Below are positions 1 to 8,872 of a stretch of 52,570 bases of DNA, piece after piece (position 1 is the first letter of the stretch; each line of letters begins with the position of its first letter). Location of the stretch: positions 1-52,570 of the IMG/VR virus record IMGVR_UViG_3300049482_000051; one strand, given 5' to 3'. Made by a program: the position numbers and the translations under genes. The notes below the pieces were generated by a model. It did no database searches. It saw nothing but the letters and a program-made list of their open reading frames with translations, and was not told the origin of the DNA. The stretch comes from a virus (Duplodnaviria > Caudoviricetes).

Positions 1-3000
1 GCGGTAGACCGCGACCGTCGCGACGAGCTCTTGGCTCGCATTGACAACGGCGAGGAACTCACGGACGAGGAACTTAACGAATCGGACGCCATTGACGCCC
101 GGATCAAGGCCCGCAAGGAAGCTGGACCTCAGAAGCCCGCGCCCAACCCGGAAGCCGAGAACGCCAAGCGCCTCGACAAGGTAAAGAACCTTGCAGAGAA
201 CGCGGCAACCGAAGGCGAACAAGAAGCCGCCGAGGCAGCCAAGAAGCGCCTGGAACTCAAGGCTATTCCGAACAGCCCGTTGACGCCGAAGACGCGCGAG
301 GAGATCGCGGACAGCCTCGAAGACGACATGCCGCCAGAGGCTATTGGCCGCATCATCGAGAACGCCCTGGAGCGCCAGCTTCGTCGTAAGCCCACGCCAG
401 GCGAGTGGTCTGCGGCGGTCAAGGACGCGCGCCAGAACGGCCTGATCCGTGACGATCAAGGCGTGACCAAGGACCAGCAGGTCGGGGCTAACCAGTTTCT
501 CAGTGGCTTGGTCTCTACCATGGCCAAGATCGCCGGAGTTAGTCCGGGTGGTTGGCTGCGTAATCGCTACCAAGAACTGGAACTGGACAACCAGGCGTTC
601 GGTGACGTGGTCCCGGCCATCAAGCCTGGCCAGATGGGCTACACGCCACGGCAAATTGCGAACTTCATTGTGCGCAGCATCCCCGGCGGTCGCGGCAAGG
701 CCGGGACGTGGCTGGTTGATATGGCGGCCAAGGTTTCTCAGATGGCTCTGGCGCGCACGGTGGCGGCGATGCACCCGTCGTTCCGGCCCATTCTGAGCCT
801 CGCAACGCACCAGATTGACCAGACCCGTCTGAGTTACCAGGAGGCCTTTGACGGCATCTCGGGGCTCATGAAGCTACCTCGGGAGAGCCAGAAGCGCGTC
901 GAGGGCGCGTTGATTCAGTTCCGCTTAGAAGACCGTGATCCGTCCAAGTTCAACGAGACCGTGAACTACACGGACGAAGAGGGCCGCGTCCTGAGCTATA
1001 AGCTCACAAGCAAGGAACAGGGCGTCGCGCATAACGTAGTGTTGACGACCAACGAGGTCCTCAAGAACTACGTGAAGACTATCCGCGAGGTGTTCCAGAT
1101 CCCTCCGTCAGTCGTGACGGCAGCAGACCTGGCGCGCGAGATTGCTGCGGGGAACATTGACGCTTCGGCAAAGATGCTGGAGGCTCCGCTCAAGATCCTC
1201 GAAACCGGCAAGATCAACTACATCCCGCTGAAGCGCTTTGGCGATGCGTACCGCGCAGTCGTCTATGACGCGGCCAAGTACAACGCGGCCAAGGGTCCAG
1301 TGCAGCGCAAGGCTGCCGAAGTCGGCTTCATCAAGGCCGAGTCCAACGCGGACCTGAACCGCCAGATGGAGCAGTGGCAGCAGAAGCGCCCCGGCATCTA
1401 CATCCGTGCGTACGGCGAAAGCGAAGTTAATGCCGGCGACCGTAGCCCCGTTGGCGCCAAGGAACTCCTGGCTCTGGCAGACAAGGCTAACGTGCCTGCC
1501 AATGTGCTCCAGGATTTCTTGGACGCGGGGGTTGAGTCGTACCTGGAAACCCGTGGCATTGGCGCCCGGTTCGCCGAGGCCAAGAAGGTCCCTGGCTTCA
1601 GCCATGACGTTCTTCGCAGCGTGGCGTCCCACCTCCAAGCGATGACCCAGGCAACCGAGCGCCTGCGGCACCGGCACCTCATGGAGAAGAGCACCAAGCT
1701 CATCAAGGACGAGCAGTTGAAGCTCTACGCCCAGCGCTTTATGCAGCGCATGGATGCTCCGACGTACACCTCGGTCGGCATTGGCCGCCAGATCACGACC
1801 CTGTACTACCTCGGCCTCGGCGCGGTTTCGGCCCTGGTGAATAGCTTCACGAGCCTTGTTATCCAGCCCGCCGGACTCTTCATGGCAACCGGAAATCCGG
1901 CTGACGCGATCCGGGCATTTGGTAACGCGAGCCGTGAGCAGTTCAACGCCTTGGCACACATCCTAGGTAACGGGCTGCCCGTAGTAGGGCGCGGCGTCGA
2001 CCAGGTTCAGCAGGCCCATGACCGCTACGCGAAGAACCCGGCTACCCGGGCGCTCGCGGACGCTATCGAACAGGCTGGAAAAGCCGGGGTATTCTCTAAC
2101 GTTTTTGAGCGCGAAGCGGAGGAAATCGCCAAGCGCGGTGAACTCAGTCTCGCCACTAAAGTGAGAGACGGAATCTCCAAGCGTTTGATGCACTTCTTCG
2201 CCAAGGTTGAAACGGCCAATCGGCTCTCTGCGTTCATCGCGGCCTTCAATGTCCACGAGCAGAACCGGGGCAAGGCGGGCTACGATGCCTTCGTGGATAA
2301 CCTCGGGTTCAGCGCGGGAGGCAAGCCTGCTGAGTTCGCCGAGTGGTACAGCGACTTCAATAACTTCCGCATGGACAAGACGGATATGCCGTCTGTGGCC
2401 CAGGGTAAGTTCGTGAAGGCCCAGGGCGCCGAGGTATTCACGCCGAGCCGCGTCCGTCCTCTGGCCTATGCCCTCAAGGGCTACATGGTCAATCACATGA
2501 ACCAGCAATTCTTGATGCTCCGGGCGGCGCTCAAGTCCGGGTGGATCGGTCGCGCGCTGTACACGGCAATCATGGCCTCAATGCTCGCCGCGTTCGGCGC
2601 AGTGAACATGGTGCCTGGATTGCAGGTGCTGGACCAGGGAATTAAGGCGGCCTCTGGCGGCCTGGAGTCTCCGTCTGAGAAGCTCAAAGACCAGGGCGGC
2701 CTAGCGCGCATGTTCACCACGGGCGCGGCTGGGATGGCCATGGAGCGCCTGGAGCCCATGCTCGAACTTGGGCTCTCGGAGAGCACCAAGTACCTCTTTG
2801 GCGACAAGGCGGGCAAGGTAGCAGGCGAGATTGCTCAGAGCGCTGGGGACATTGTGGACGAACTGGTGGGCCGCGCGGGTTCGGGGAACATTATCCCGAA
2901 CAGCGTGGATCCCATGCAGATCTTTGCTCCTCTGAGCGTTGCGGCGTCTATGGCCCATGGCCTTAGCAACCTGGCAAGTGGCGACGCTGAGCAGCAGCTT

Positions 3001-3555
3001 GAAGGCGCTGGTCAACTCATCGGTAAAGAACCCACGCGCCTGGCACGCCTGTATAATCAGGCTACTGGGAGTCGCGGCTTCACTACAAAGAGCGGAAATA
3101 CCTTGGTGCCCAGTGCGAAGACCGCAGTAGCTGGGGCGCCGTTCCTGTCGTACGGAGACATGATGTGGGCAGCGGCGGGCGGTCAGCCTAAGGTAGTCCG
3201 CGAGGCCTATCGTGAGCAGCAGATGATCCGCGATATGAAGACGTCAAACGATGCTGTTATGGAGAATGCGGTGCTACGCGCGGCTGACGCCATATTCGCG
3301 AAGGACCAGAACCTCATGAACAGCGCAATCACTGCGTTGCAGGTTTGGAATCAGGAAGCGATGAAGAAAGGGGAGACCTGGAAGGTCATTACTGGTGACG
3401 CATTCAGGCAGGCTGTGACGATCGAAGTTCAGACCCGGTCTCTTGGCTCTCGGAATCTGCGCCCCGTTCCGAAGGGCGGTCGTCAAGAATACCTCAAGCG
3501 CTTCGAGGACGAAACGCCGGAGGAGAACATCAAAGCGTCGGAGCCTTCAGAATAA
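1..3555 (+). CDS. C-terminal part of a very large virion/ejection (polyvalent) protein with a PLxRFG motif
   Basis: The frame is open from base 1 (AVDRDRRDELLARID...). It contains YIPLKRFG (PLxRFG signature of phage polyvalent proteins), a DUF2786-like segment (RLDKVKNLAENAATEGEQEAAEAAKKRL) and an Ala/Gly-rich helical C-terminus typical of podovirus ejection proteins. It probably continues the ORF that starts at 50110. Confidence 0.7.
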   Translation, partial: AVDRDRRDELLARIDNGEELTDEELNESDAIDARIKARKEAGPQKPAPNPEAENAKRLDKVKNLAENAATEGEQEAAEAAKKRLELKAIPNSPLTPKTREEIADSLEDDMPPEAIGRIIENALERQLRRKPTPGEWSAAVKDARQNGLIRDDQGVTKDQQVGANQFLSGLVSTMAKIAGVSPGGWLRNRYQELELDNQAFGDVVPAIKPGQMGYTPRQIANFIVRSIPGGRGKAGTWLVDMAAKVSQMALARTVAAMHPSFRPILSLATHQIDQTRLSYQEAFDGISGLMKLPRESQKRVEGALIQFRLEDRDPSKFNETVNYTDEEGRVLSYKLTSKEQGVAHNVVLTTNEVLKNYVKTIREVFQIPPSVVTAADLAREIAAGNIDASAKMLEAPLKILETGKINYIPLKRFGDAYRAVVYDAAKYNAAKGPVQRKAAEVGFIKAESNADLNRQMEQWQQKRPGIYIRAYGESEVNAGDRSPVGAKELLALADKANVPANVLQDFLDAGVESYLETRGIGARFAEAKKVPGFSHDVLRSVASHLQAMTQATERLRHRHLMEKSTKLIKDEQLKLYAQRFMQRMDAPTYTSVGIGRQITTLYYLGLGAVSALVNSFTSLVIQPAGLFMATGNPADAIRAFGNASREQFNALAHILGNGLPVVGRGVDQVQQAHDRYAKNPATRALADAIEQAGKAGVFSNVFEREAEEIAKRGELSLATKVRDGISKRLMHFFAKVETANRLSAFIAAFNVHEQNRGKAGYDAFVDNLGFSAGGKPAEFAEWYSDFNNFRMDKTDMPSVAQGKFVKAQGAEVFTPSRVRPLAYALKGYMVNHMNQQFLMLRAALKSGWIGRALYTAIMASMLAAFGAVNMVPGLQVLDQGIKAASGGLESPSEKLKDQGGLARMFTTGAAGMAMERLEPMLELGLSESTKYLFGDKAGKVAGEIAQSAGDIVDELVGRAGSGNIIPNSVDPMQIFAPLSVAASMAHGLSNLASGDAEQQLEGAGQLIGKEPTRLARLYNQATGSRGFTTKSGNTLVPSAKTAVAGAPFLSYGDMMWAAAGGQPKVVREAYREQQMIRDMKTSNDAVMENAVLRAADAIFAKDQNLMNSAITALQVWNQEAMKKGETWKVITGDAFRQAVTIEVQTRSLGSRNLRPVPKGGRQEYLKRFEDETPEENIKASEPSE

Positions 3556-3877
3556 GGTTAGGCGCGACGTAAAAGCAGACATCGTCTTCCATGGCGCTGT
3601 CTAGGACAATGGGAAGACCAAGAAGATGAGGATGCTCCAGATCAATCTGGTTGGCTTCCTCACGCTTATTCATGCCCCGCAGCATTTGCTTAGCATTGCT
3701 CAGGGCTTCCATGAACTTACCGTGAAACTCAGTGCCGAGCTTGATGCACTCGGGCTGTGCCCCGTTTGCTCTGCGGTGCTTGTGTTCTAGGACGCGCAAT
3801 AAAACCAAAGGATTTATTACGCCACTGTTCGCATGATCCTTGGAACACAGTAACTGAATCAGGGCGTCATTATTCAT
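3530..3877 (-). CDS. hypothetical protein (last gene of the minus-strand arm)
   Basis: 115 aa ORF coupled to the upstream gene; overlaps the end of the large plus-strand gene convergently. Confidence 0.6.
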   Translation of the reverse strand: MNNDALIQLLCSKDHANSGVINPLVLLRVLEHKHRRANGAQPECIKLGTEFHGKFMEALSNAKQMLRGMNKREEANQIDLEHPHLLGLPIVLDSAMEDDVCFYVAPNLILKAPTL

Positions 3878-4046
3878 CGACTTCCGTCCCGTCTCCTACG
3901 TTCTTCTCCAGCATCTGGAGCGCGAAACCCTGGGCTGGCGTGAGAACGGTATCTTTAGAGATCACAGGATCAAAGTCAATCGTGACGTTCACGTTGCCCT
4001 TATCATCTGGTTCTTTGTCTTCGATGGTGATGGTGACTTTGGGCAT
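3870..4046 (-). CDS. small acidic hypothetical protein
   Basis: MPKVTITIEDKE...; the ATG at 4046 forms a TAATG overlap with the upstream stop. Confidence 0.6.
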   Translation of the reverse strand: MPKVTITIEDKEPDDKGNVNVTIDFDPVISKDTVLTPAQGFALQMLEKNVGDGTEVDE

Positions 4047-4831
4047 TACATCCTCTTTGCGAGTTCGCCGAGGCACGAAACGCCTTCGGCTATGGTGACT
4101 TGGACATGCTGGAAATTCCCGCTACGAGCACATAGTTGGATAGCATATCCGTGGGTGTGCCCAGTGGGAGTGGTATGGTTATAAAGCTGCTGGAGCTTAG
4201 CAAGGCATCCAGGGCTCCAGGCCCCAATAGTGCCAGTAGCGACTTTTCGACTAACAGCACTCTGGTTACGGTGAACGTGCCCGAAAACGACGTTGTCTGC
4301 AAAGGCATCCAGATGTCGTTCTGCCGCATACTTCGCTGCGCTAATTCCATGAGTAAAGTAGCATTTTCCAAGTCTGATAGTGCCGGGGATGTTGATTCCC
4401 TGGTGGTGTTCGTGGCTTCGGATATACGTGATGCCGCGTCCGGCCAGGTCGAGCAGATATTCCGGCGCGACGTTTTCTCGGAGGTCTTCGGCGTCAATGC
4501 GCTTACCCAGCGCCGTAGCAATCGCCCAGCGTTCGACACGAAATTCATGGTTTCCCTCGATGTACCAGATTTTAGCTTTGGGACAGGCCTTCTGGATCTC
4601 GTCCAGAAACTTATTGCAGGCCGCGACGTCCTCGGTGTACGAGTAGGCGCAGTCTGCCATGGCGCCCGGAAGACCATGGGTGCTCAGGAATCCTGAACAG
4701 TCCACGTGGTCTCCGAGCATCACGATTTCCTCGGGCGCCAGGATCTTGGCGTCTCGGAGGAATGCGTTCTTCGCCTTCTTGTCGATGTAGCAGCCGTGGC
4801 TGTCAGGGATGATGAGGCGTAGTTTAGACAC
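4046..4831 (-). CDS. calcineurin-like metallophosphoesterase
   Basis: All five motifs present: PDSH, LGDHVD, GNHE, THG, GHVH. Confidence 0.9.
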   Translation of the reverse strand: MSKLRLIIPDSHGCYIDKKAKNAFLRDAKILAPEEIVMLGDHVDCSGFLSTHGLPGAMADCAYSYTEDVAACNKFLDEIQKACPKAKIWYIEGNHEFRVERWAIATALGKRIDAEDLRENVAPEYLLDLAGRGITYIRSHEHHQGINIPGTIRLGKCYFTHGISAAKYAAERHLDAFADNVVFGHVHRNQSAVSRKVATGTIGAWSPGCLAKLQQLYNHTTPTGHTHGYAIQLCARSGNFQHVQVTIAEGVSCLGELAKRM

Positions 4832-5402
4832 GGAGTTTCTCCAGGTGTGCGAACTCGGCGAGAAAGCGCTTCTCTACGGTTCCTGAGGTTTGTGAGCCTA
4901 GGGTCGGACCCCAGTATTGCAAGCAATCAGGGATGTCGGGCAACCAGGCCCACCGGTCCTTCTCGCGATTTGGCATCAGGTACTTGGCCTCGATAGCGAG
5001 GGCCAGGGTGTCGGCGGCCTTGACGATCTTTGGCTCGTCTGGGCTCATGTCGAACTTCTTGCACACCGTATCCATGATCTGCTTTTCCATGTCGCGGTAG
5101 AACGCGAACTCTGGCTGCTGCTTCAGAGGTCTAGCGATGTCTGAGACGTAGGCTTCCGAGGCATCGTGGAGCAGGCCCCAGAGGATAGTCTCAGGATCGC
5201 GGTGCTCCCAGTAGTGGAGAATGTCGCACACCAGGAGGCTGTGTTCTCCCACGCTGTAGTGCTTGATGCAGTGCCCGGTGAATCGACAGTTGCGGGACAG
5301 GGCGGCGGCGATGTCTTCTACCTTTACGTCCTCGACACGAGGGCGTAAAGGATAGAACCGGCCTCCCGACGCCGTCTGAATCCACCCAATATCACTCGGC
5401 AT
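4824..5402 (-). CDS. HD-domain phosphohydrolase (YfbR/YfdR-like 5'-deoxynucleotidase)
   Basis: EDIAAALS..CRFTGH...YSVGEHS, LLHDASEAY.SDI..PLK and VKAAD motifs; start placed at MPSD (5402). Confidence 0.85.
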   Translation of the reverse strand: MPSDIGWIQTASGGRFYPLRPRVEDVKVEDIAAALSRNCRFTGHCIKHYSVGEHSLLVCDILHYWEHRDPETILWGLLHDASEAYVSDIARPLKQQPEFAFYRDMEKQIMDTVCKKFDMSPDEPKIVKAADTLALAIEAKYLMPNREKDRWAWLPDIPDCLQYWGPTLGSQTSGTVEKRFLAEFAHLEKLRV

Positions 5403-5766
5403 TTGGGACATTGAGGTACTCCAGTACTTCATAGAGTTCGGCGCGTGCCCAGAAGCCGTAGCGGAGGCGCGGGCCGCCCGGGTTTCCTGGCTCGGAAAGC
5501 TGCCAGGTATGCTGGTTGCTCAGGTTATCCAAGCGCACAAAGGTCCCTGTCGGCGACCACTCCAGGATTCGCCAGGATTCAATGTCCTGGGGGCGACGTT
5601 CCATGCCTTCTGGTGGCAAGGCGTCGCAGTAGTGGCGGCGGTCTTCAAATGGCGAGGGCTCCTCGTCGCGAGTACGGCGATCCAGCGGCGAAGGCCGAGC
5701 GCGCATAGACGCCCGGTAGCCGATGAAGTCGAGGCCGATCTGGTGGTTTTGGCGTTGGAGTTCCAT
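5392..5766 (-). CDS. hypothetical protein
   Basis: MELQRQNHQ...; fits between its neighbours in the operon. Confidence 0.55.
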   Translation of the reverse strand: MELQRQNHQIGLDFIGYRASMRARPSPLDRRTRDEEPSPFEDRRHYCDALPPEGMERRPQDIESWRILEWSPTGTFVRLDNLSNQHTWQLSEPGNPGGPRLRYGFWARAELYEVLEYLNVPNAE

Positions 5767-5767
5767 G

Positions 5768-6037
5768 TTATTTCGTGTTCCCTTGGAGTCGTTGATCGAC
5801 GAGGCTAGCGTAGCCAGCGATGTCGTGCCAGGAGTCGGCGTAGTTGGGGTCGCCCTTGAGGATCCGGCCAATCTTATGCGCAATCATGTCGAGGGCTTCG
5901 ATCATGTCAGGATCCAGCCGCGACACGTTGTGGTCAACCATGACGCGCTTGAGCGCCTGAGTACACTCGGCGTGGTCCACGAACTTTCCGTACCGGGAGC
6001 CGCGTTCAGCCAGGGTTGCTTGGATGTCTTGGGTCAC
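5768..6037 (-). CDS. DUF6378-like protein (putative nucleotide-metabolism alpha-helical domain)
   Basis: TLAERGSRYG...KIGRILKGDPNYADSWHDIAGYA signature; GTG start overlaps the upstream stop (GTGA). Confidence 0.75.
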   Translation of the reverse strand: MTQDIQATLAERGSRYGKFVDHAECTQALKRVMVDHNVSRLDPDMIEALDMIAHKIGRILKGDPNYADSWHDIAGYASLVDQRLQGNTK

Positions 6038-6492
6038 AGAGTCTCCAGGTACTTTGCCAGCGGAATCCAGGACTCCGGGCTGTGTTGGTGATAGAACATC
6101 ATGGCCTCGCACTCTCTCAAATCTTTTTGTTTCATCTTGCACTGGGCAACTTCGTGCCGCATCTTGAGGGCGTGGCCCTTGGTCCAGACGTGGGACGGGG
6201 CGACTCTCACTATGTTAGAGCCAAGGATATTATCAATATCCTTGGCGGCTGTGATATTCCACAGCGCCCACCGGAGCCGGTTTACTACTTCGCCCTTGAT
6301 CTCTTTCCATACCGCGTCTTGCTCCATGTAAAGGATCGGTGAAACCACTTCGACGAGGACCAAGTCGGGCTCCCATTCGCTTAGCTGGTCAAGCGCCAGG
6401 AACGGAGTCGGATCTGCCTTGGCTAGGACCTGGCCCTCTGAGGTGACACAGTAGACCTTGCGCAGATCCAAGTCGAACGCGGCTACTTTCAT
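6034..6492 (-). CDS. putative RuvC-like (RNase H fold) Holliday junction resolvase
   Basis: N-terminal VAAFD strand, DLVLVE, VAPSHVW and a C-terminal D..E.EA acidic helix follow the RuvC motif order; divergent. Confidence 0.55.
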   Translation of the reverse strand: MKVAAFDLDLRKVYCVTSEGQVLAKADPTPFLALDQLSEWEPDLVLVEVVSPILYMEQDAVWKEIKGEVVNRLRWALWNITAAKDIDNILGSNIVRVAPSHVWTKGHALKMRHEVAQCKMKQKDLRECEAMMFYHQHSPESWIPLAKYLETL

Positions 6493-6677
6493 TCCTTGCT
6501 TCCATAGTCCGGGATGAACACTGTAGTCAGGGCCTCTTCGCGGTGTACCGAGGTAGCGTGTTCCGGACCCCAGTCAACTTCAACGAGCTTGGTAGCCGTG
6601 ACGATGCCAGGGAGTTTCTCGGATTCGGTGAGGTGATACACCACGTCGCCGGGTTCGATGGATTTCTGCTTAGCCAT
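6489..6677 (-). CDS. small hypothetical protein (SH3/KOW-like)
   Basis: IEPGDVVYH...GIVT pattern; TAATG coupling. Confidence 0.55.
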   Translation of the reverse strand: MAKQKSIEPGDVVYHLTESEKLPGIVTATKLVEVDWGPEHATSVHREEALTTVFIPDYGSKE

Positions 6678-6904
6678 TACTTCCTCCACGTCCAGTTGTT
6701 AGCAAGACCAACGACAGCCGAGGTGCTGAAGACTAGGCTGGACGCGACGAGCCAGGGAAGCCCGAGTGTCGCGGCGAGTGCAGCCTGCATGAGCGAGGCG
6801 CTCAGGATACAGGCGAACCCAGTCCGCCGGAAGTCCATGCGCCGCGATGCCACCATGAACGCGCCGGGTACGGAGAGGATGAAGATGAACAGGGAGATCA
6901 CCAT
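6677..6904 (-). CDS. small membrane protein
   Basis: 75 aa with 2-3 hydrophobic segments; coupled to its neighbours. Confidence 0.55.
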   Translation of the reverse strand: MVISLFIFILSVPGAFMVASRRMDFRRTGFACILSASLMQAALAATLGLPWLVASSLVFSTSAVVGLANNWTWRK

Positions 6905-7731
6905 AGCTTCACCTCTTTCGGCCCCTCTTTGTGGGCGAAGTCGTTCTTAGTCTTCGCACCCTTATTGAGAGTGAGAGTGCCGCCAGGAGGTACAAGGCCA
7001 GAATAGCAAACTCGGCTGTTGCGATAGCTACAGAAACCTGATTTACAGTGATCGCCGGGGACTGGGAAGAAGCGCTTGGTCCCATTGAAAATATCCTTGC
7101 GCCGCTCGGCCATCCCCTCGGCGAAGAAAGCAATGGCGTCGCTCTGGAAGTCGACTGGATCAGACATGATTGCCCAGTCTCCCTTGAGGCTGTCGACATA
7201 CAGGATGCGTCCAGTCTTAGCCTTGCGGCCACGAAGTTCCCAGTAGCTCACAAGCTGGTACAGGTGCAGGGGTTTCAGGCGTCCGTGGTCTGGCTTGCGC
7301 GCCGTGGTCTTGAGGTCGATTATCTCAGATAAATCCTGAGATTCAAAGTCCAAGTGCCCCGTCAAGTCCGTCAGGGCATCCTCAGGCTCAGCCACCCAGG
7401 GCTTGCCATCTAGGGCCTTTGGGAAGATCCCGGCAGCGAACTCTACAGCCCTTGAAACCACGGCCTCAAGCTCCTCGCGGTCCTTGAAGAGTTCCTGGGC
7501 CTTGAGCCACATAGGCTCCATCATCCCCGGGAGGCGCTCTTGCATGACGCAGCCTAGACGGACCTGGAGTTCGTTGTGGATTATGGTGCCAAGGTCCGCG
7601 TAGGCCGAGGAGCTAAAGTCCATGTCGTCTAAGACTGGCTGGGCTCCAGCCTGAATTGCCTCGTCCAGCGTGGCCGAATACCCGCAAAGGTTATACAGCC
7701 CAGACTTGGAACAGCGCGTCTTAAAAGCCAT
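6898..7731 (-). CDS. Cas4/RecB-like PD-(D/E)XK exonuclease
   Basis: N-terminal Cys, LGTIIH, LTGHLD, IIDLKT, YQLVSY and C-terminal C...FC......C (Fe-S ligand pattern). Confidence 0.85.
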   Translation of the reverse strand: MAFKTRCSKSGLYNLCGYSATLDEAIQAGAQPVLDDMDFSSSAYADLGTIIHNELQVRLGCVMQERLPGMMEPMWLKAQELFKDREELEAVVSRAVEFAAGIFPKALDGKPWVAEPEDALTDLTGHLDFESQDLSEIIDLKTTARKPDHGRLKPLHLYQLVSYWELRGRKAKTGRILYVDSLKGDWAIMSDPVDFQSDAIAFFAEGMAERRKDIFNGTKRFFPVPGDHCKSGFCSYRNSRVCYSGLVPPGGTLTLNKGAKTKNDFAHKEGPKEVKLW

Positions 7732-7969
7732 TGGGCGGTACTTTCGTTGGAGTGACTAGGCGGATCACGTGATCGGTGTACTCTTTGAGATCCAGATACT
7801 TGAACACGACCTGGCCTGTCCGGGGGTCCAGTTGATACTGGCCCAGCGACAGGTCAAAGGCTTTCAGTCGCTCGTGGTGCACCGCGTTCGGGGCCACGTG
7901 GCACCAAGAGAACAGCATGCCGCTGACGAAGCCAAGAAGAATGGCTACCGCAATCGTCGCGTACTTCAT
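7721..7969 (-). CDS. membrane-anchored hypothetical protein
   Basis: N-terminal hydrophobic helix; GAGGA Shine-Dalgarno upstream. Confidence 0.6.
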   Translation of the reverse strand: MKYATIAVAILLGFVSGMLFSWCHVAPNAVHHERLKAFDLSLGQYQLDPRTGQVVFKYLDLKEYTDHVIRLVTPTKVPPNGF

Positions 7970-7981
7970 TATTCCTCCGTG

Positions 7982-8128
7982 CTAAAGGCGGGGATCGTTG
8001 GGCTCATAAGGATTCTCCAGGCGTTGGGGTTTCGGCATAATCCAGACGGCGATGCCCATGAGAACCATAGCGCCAATGGCGAATGGCGCGCTCAGGACAG
8101 ACCGGATGACTCTAATTGTGCGGCTCAT
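7982..8128 (-). CDS. small membrane protein (48 aa, not in the ORF track)
   Basis: MSRTIRVIRSVLSAPFAIGAMVLMGIAVWIMPKPQRLENPYEPNDPRL fills the gap between coupled genes. Confidence 0.5.
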   Translation of the reverse strand: MSRTIRVIRSVLSAPFAIGAMVLMGIAVWIMPKPQRLENPYEPNDPRL

Positions 8129-8525
8129 AGTCTTTGGTTCCTTTGGGGGCTTTGGGTTTCAAGGTGGGCGGGGCGGCGTCGAGGCGCTCCAGGATGGCGG
8201 AGCACATGACGGCGACCTGGTCTACGCTCTGGCTAATGTTAGCCAGGCATTCTCGCGTTTCCGTGGAGTCCTTAGGGACTTCGCGGGGGCCAACCGTCTT
8301 GACATCGCGGAGAGCGTCGAGGTTGATGTCGCCTCGGGCCGCTGAGCGCACGTCTTCGCTATTAACTAAAGTTAAGTTTGCAGACTTCTCGGGATTGAGG
8401 TTCGACTTAAATGGCGAAGTCGTAGCCCGGATGAGTCCGGCAGCCACGGCGCGGACCATAAGCGACCGGGATACTCCCAGTAACTTGGCCGCGCTGTTCA
8501 GGGTCATGTGGTCTGCATCAGTCAT
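8112..8525 (-). CDS. winged-HTH (excisionase/MerR-like) DNA-binding protein
   Basis: MTLNSAAKLLGVSRSLMVRAVAAGLI; the ATG at 8525 lies in the last codons of groES. Confidence 0.7.
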   Translation of the reverse strand: MTDADHMTLNSAAKLLGVSRSLMVRAVAAGLIRATTSPFKSNLNPEKSANLTLVNSEDVRSAARGDINLDALRDVKTVGPREVPKDSTETRECLANISQSVDQVAVMCSAILERLDAAPPTLKPKAPKGTKDYEPHN

Positions 8526-8781
8526 GAAGCGCTCCCAGGATGTCTTCAGCTTCAAAGACCAAGAGTGTCTTGCCGTCCAGGATAACTTCAATGCCGGAGA
8601 ACTTGGCAAACAGAACGTGCTGGCCAACCGCGATACCTTCGGCCTTAGGCCCTGCCGCGAGAACCGTGCCCATCTGAAGCGTCTCCTTGGCCTTGTCTGG
8701 CAGGTACAGTCCTGACTCAGTGCGGGTTTTAGGGTCGTCGCGTTCGACTAGGACGCGGGCGTTCATGGGGCTGAGTTGCAT
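8518..8781 (-). CDS. groES: co-chaperonin GroES (Cpn10)
   Basis: LSPMNARVLVER, mobile loop TESGLYLPD, GTVLAAGP, VGQHVLFAKFSGIEV, EDILG. Confidence 0.95.
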   Translation of the reverse strand: MQLSPMNARVLVERDDPKTRTESGLYLPDKAKETLQMGTVLAAGPKAEGIAVGQHVLFAKFSGIEVILDGKTLLVFEAEDILGALHD

Positions 8782-8872
8782 GTGGACTCCTGAAATGTTG
8801 TGGGTAGGGCGTTACCGCATAATCCGGGTGGCCGGGAGTTCCTACGACGCGCTGGCGTAGGCCGGGAGAGTC

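Noticed and set aside
4824-5402. HD hydrolase as DatZ of a 2-aminoadenine (Z) genome system
   Set aside because: No PurZ/adenylosuccinate synthetase-like gene is recognised in the window; YfdR-like HD proteins are common without Z-DNA.
6898-7731. Cas4-like gene as part of a CRISPR-Cas system
   Set aside because: No repeat-spacer array or other cas genes; solo Cas4-like exonucleases are common in phage replication modules.
8112-8525. Excisionase implying a temperate integration module
   Set aside because: No integrase, att site or repressor seen; this wHTH family is also common as a stand-alone regulator.
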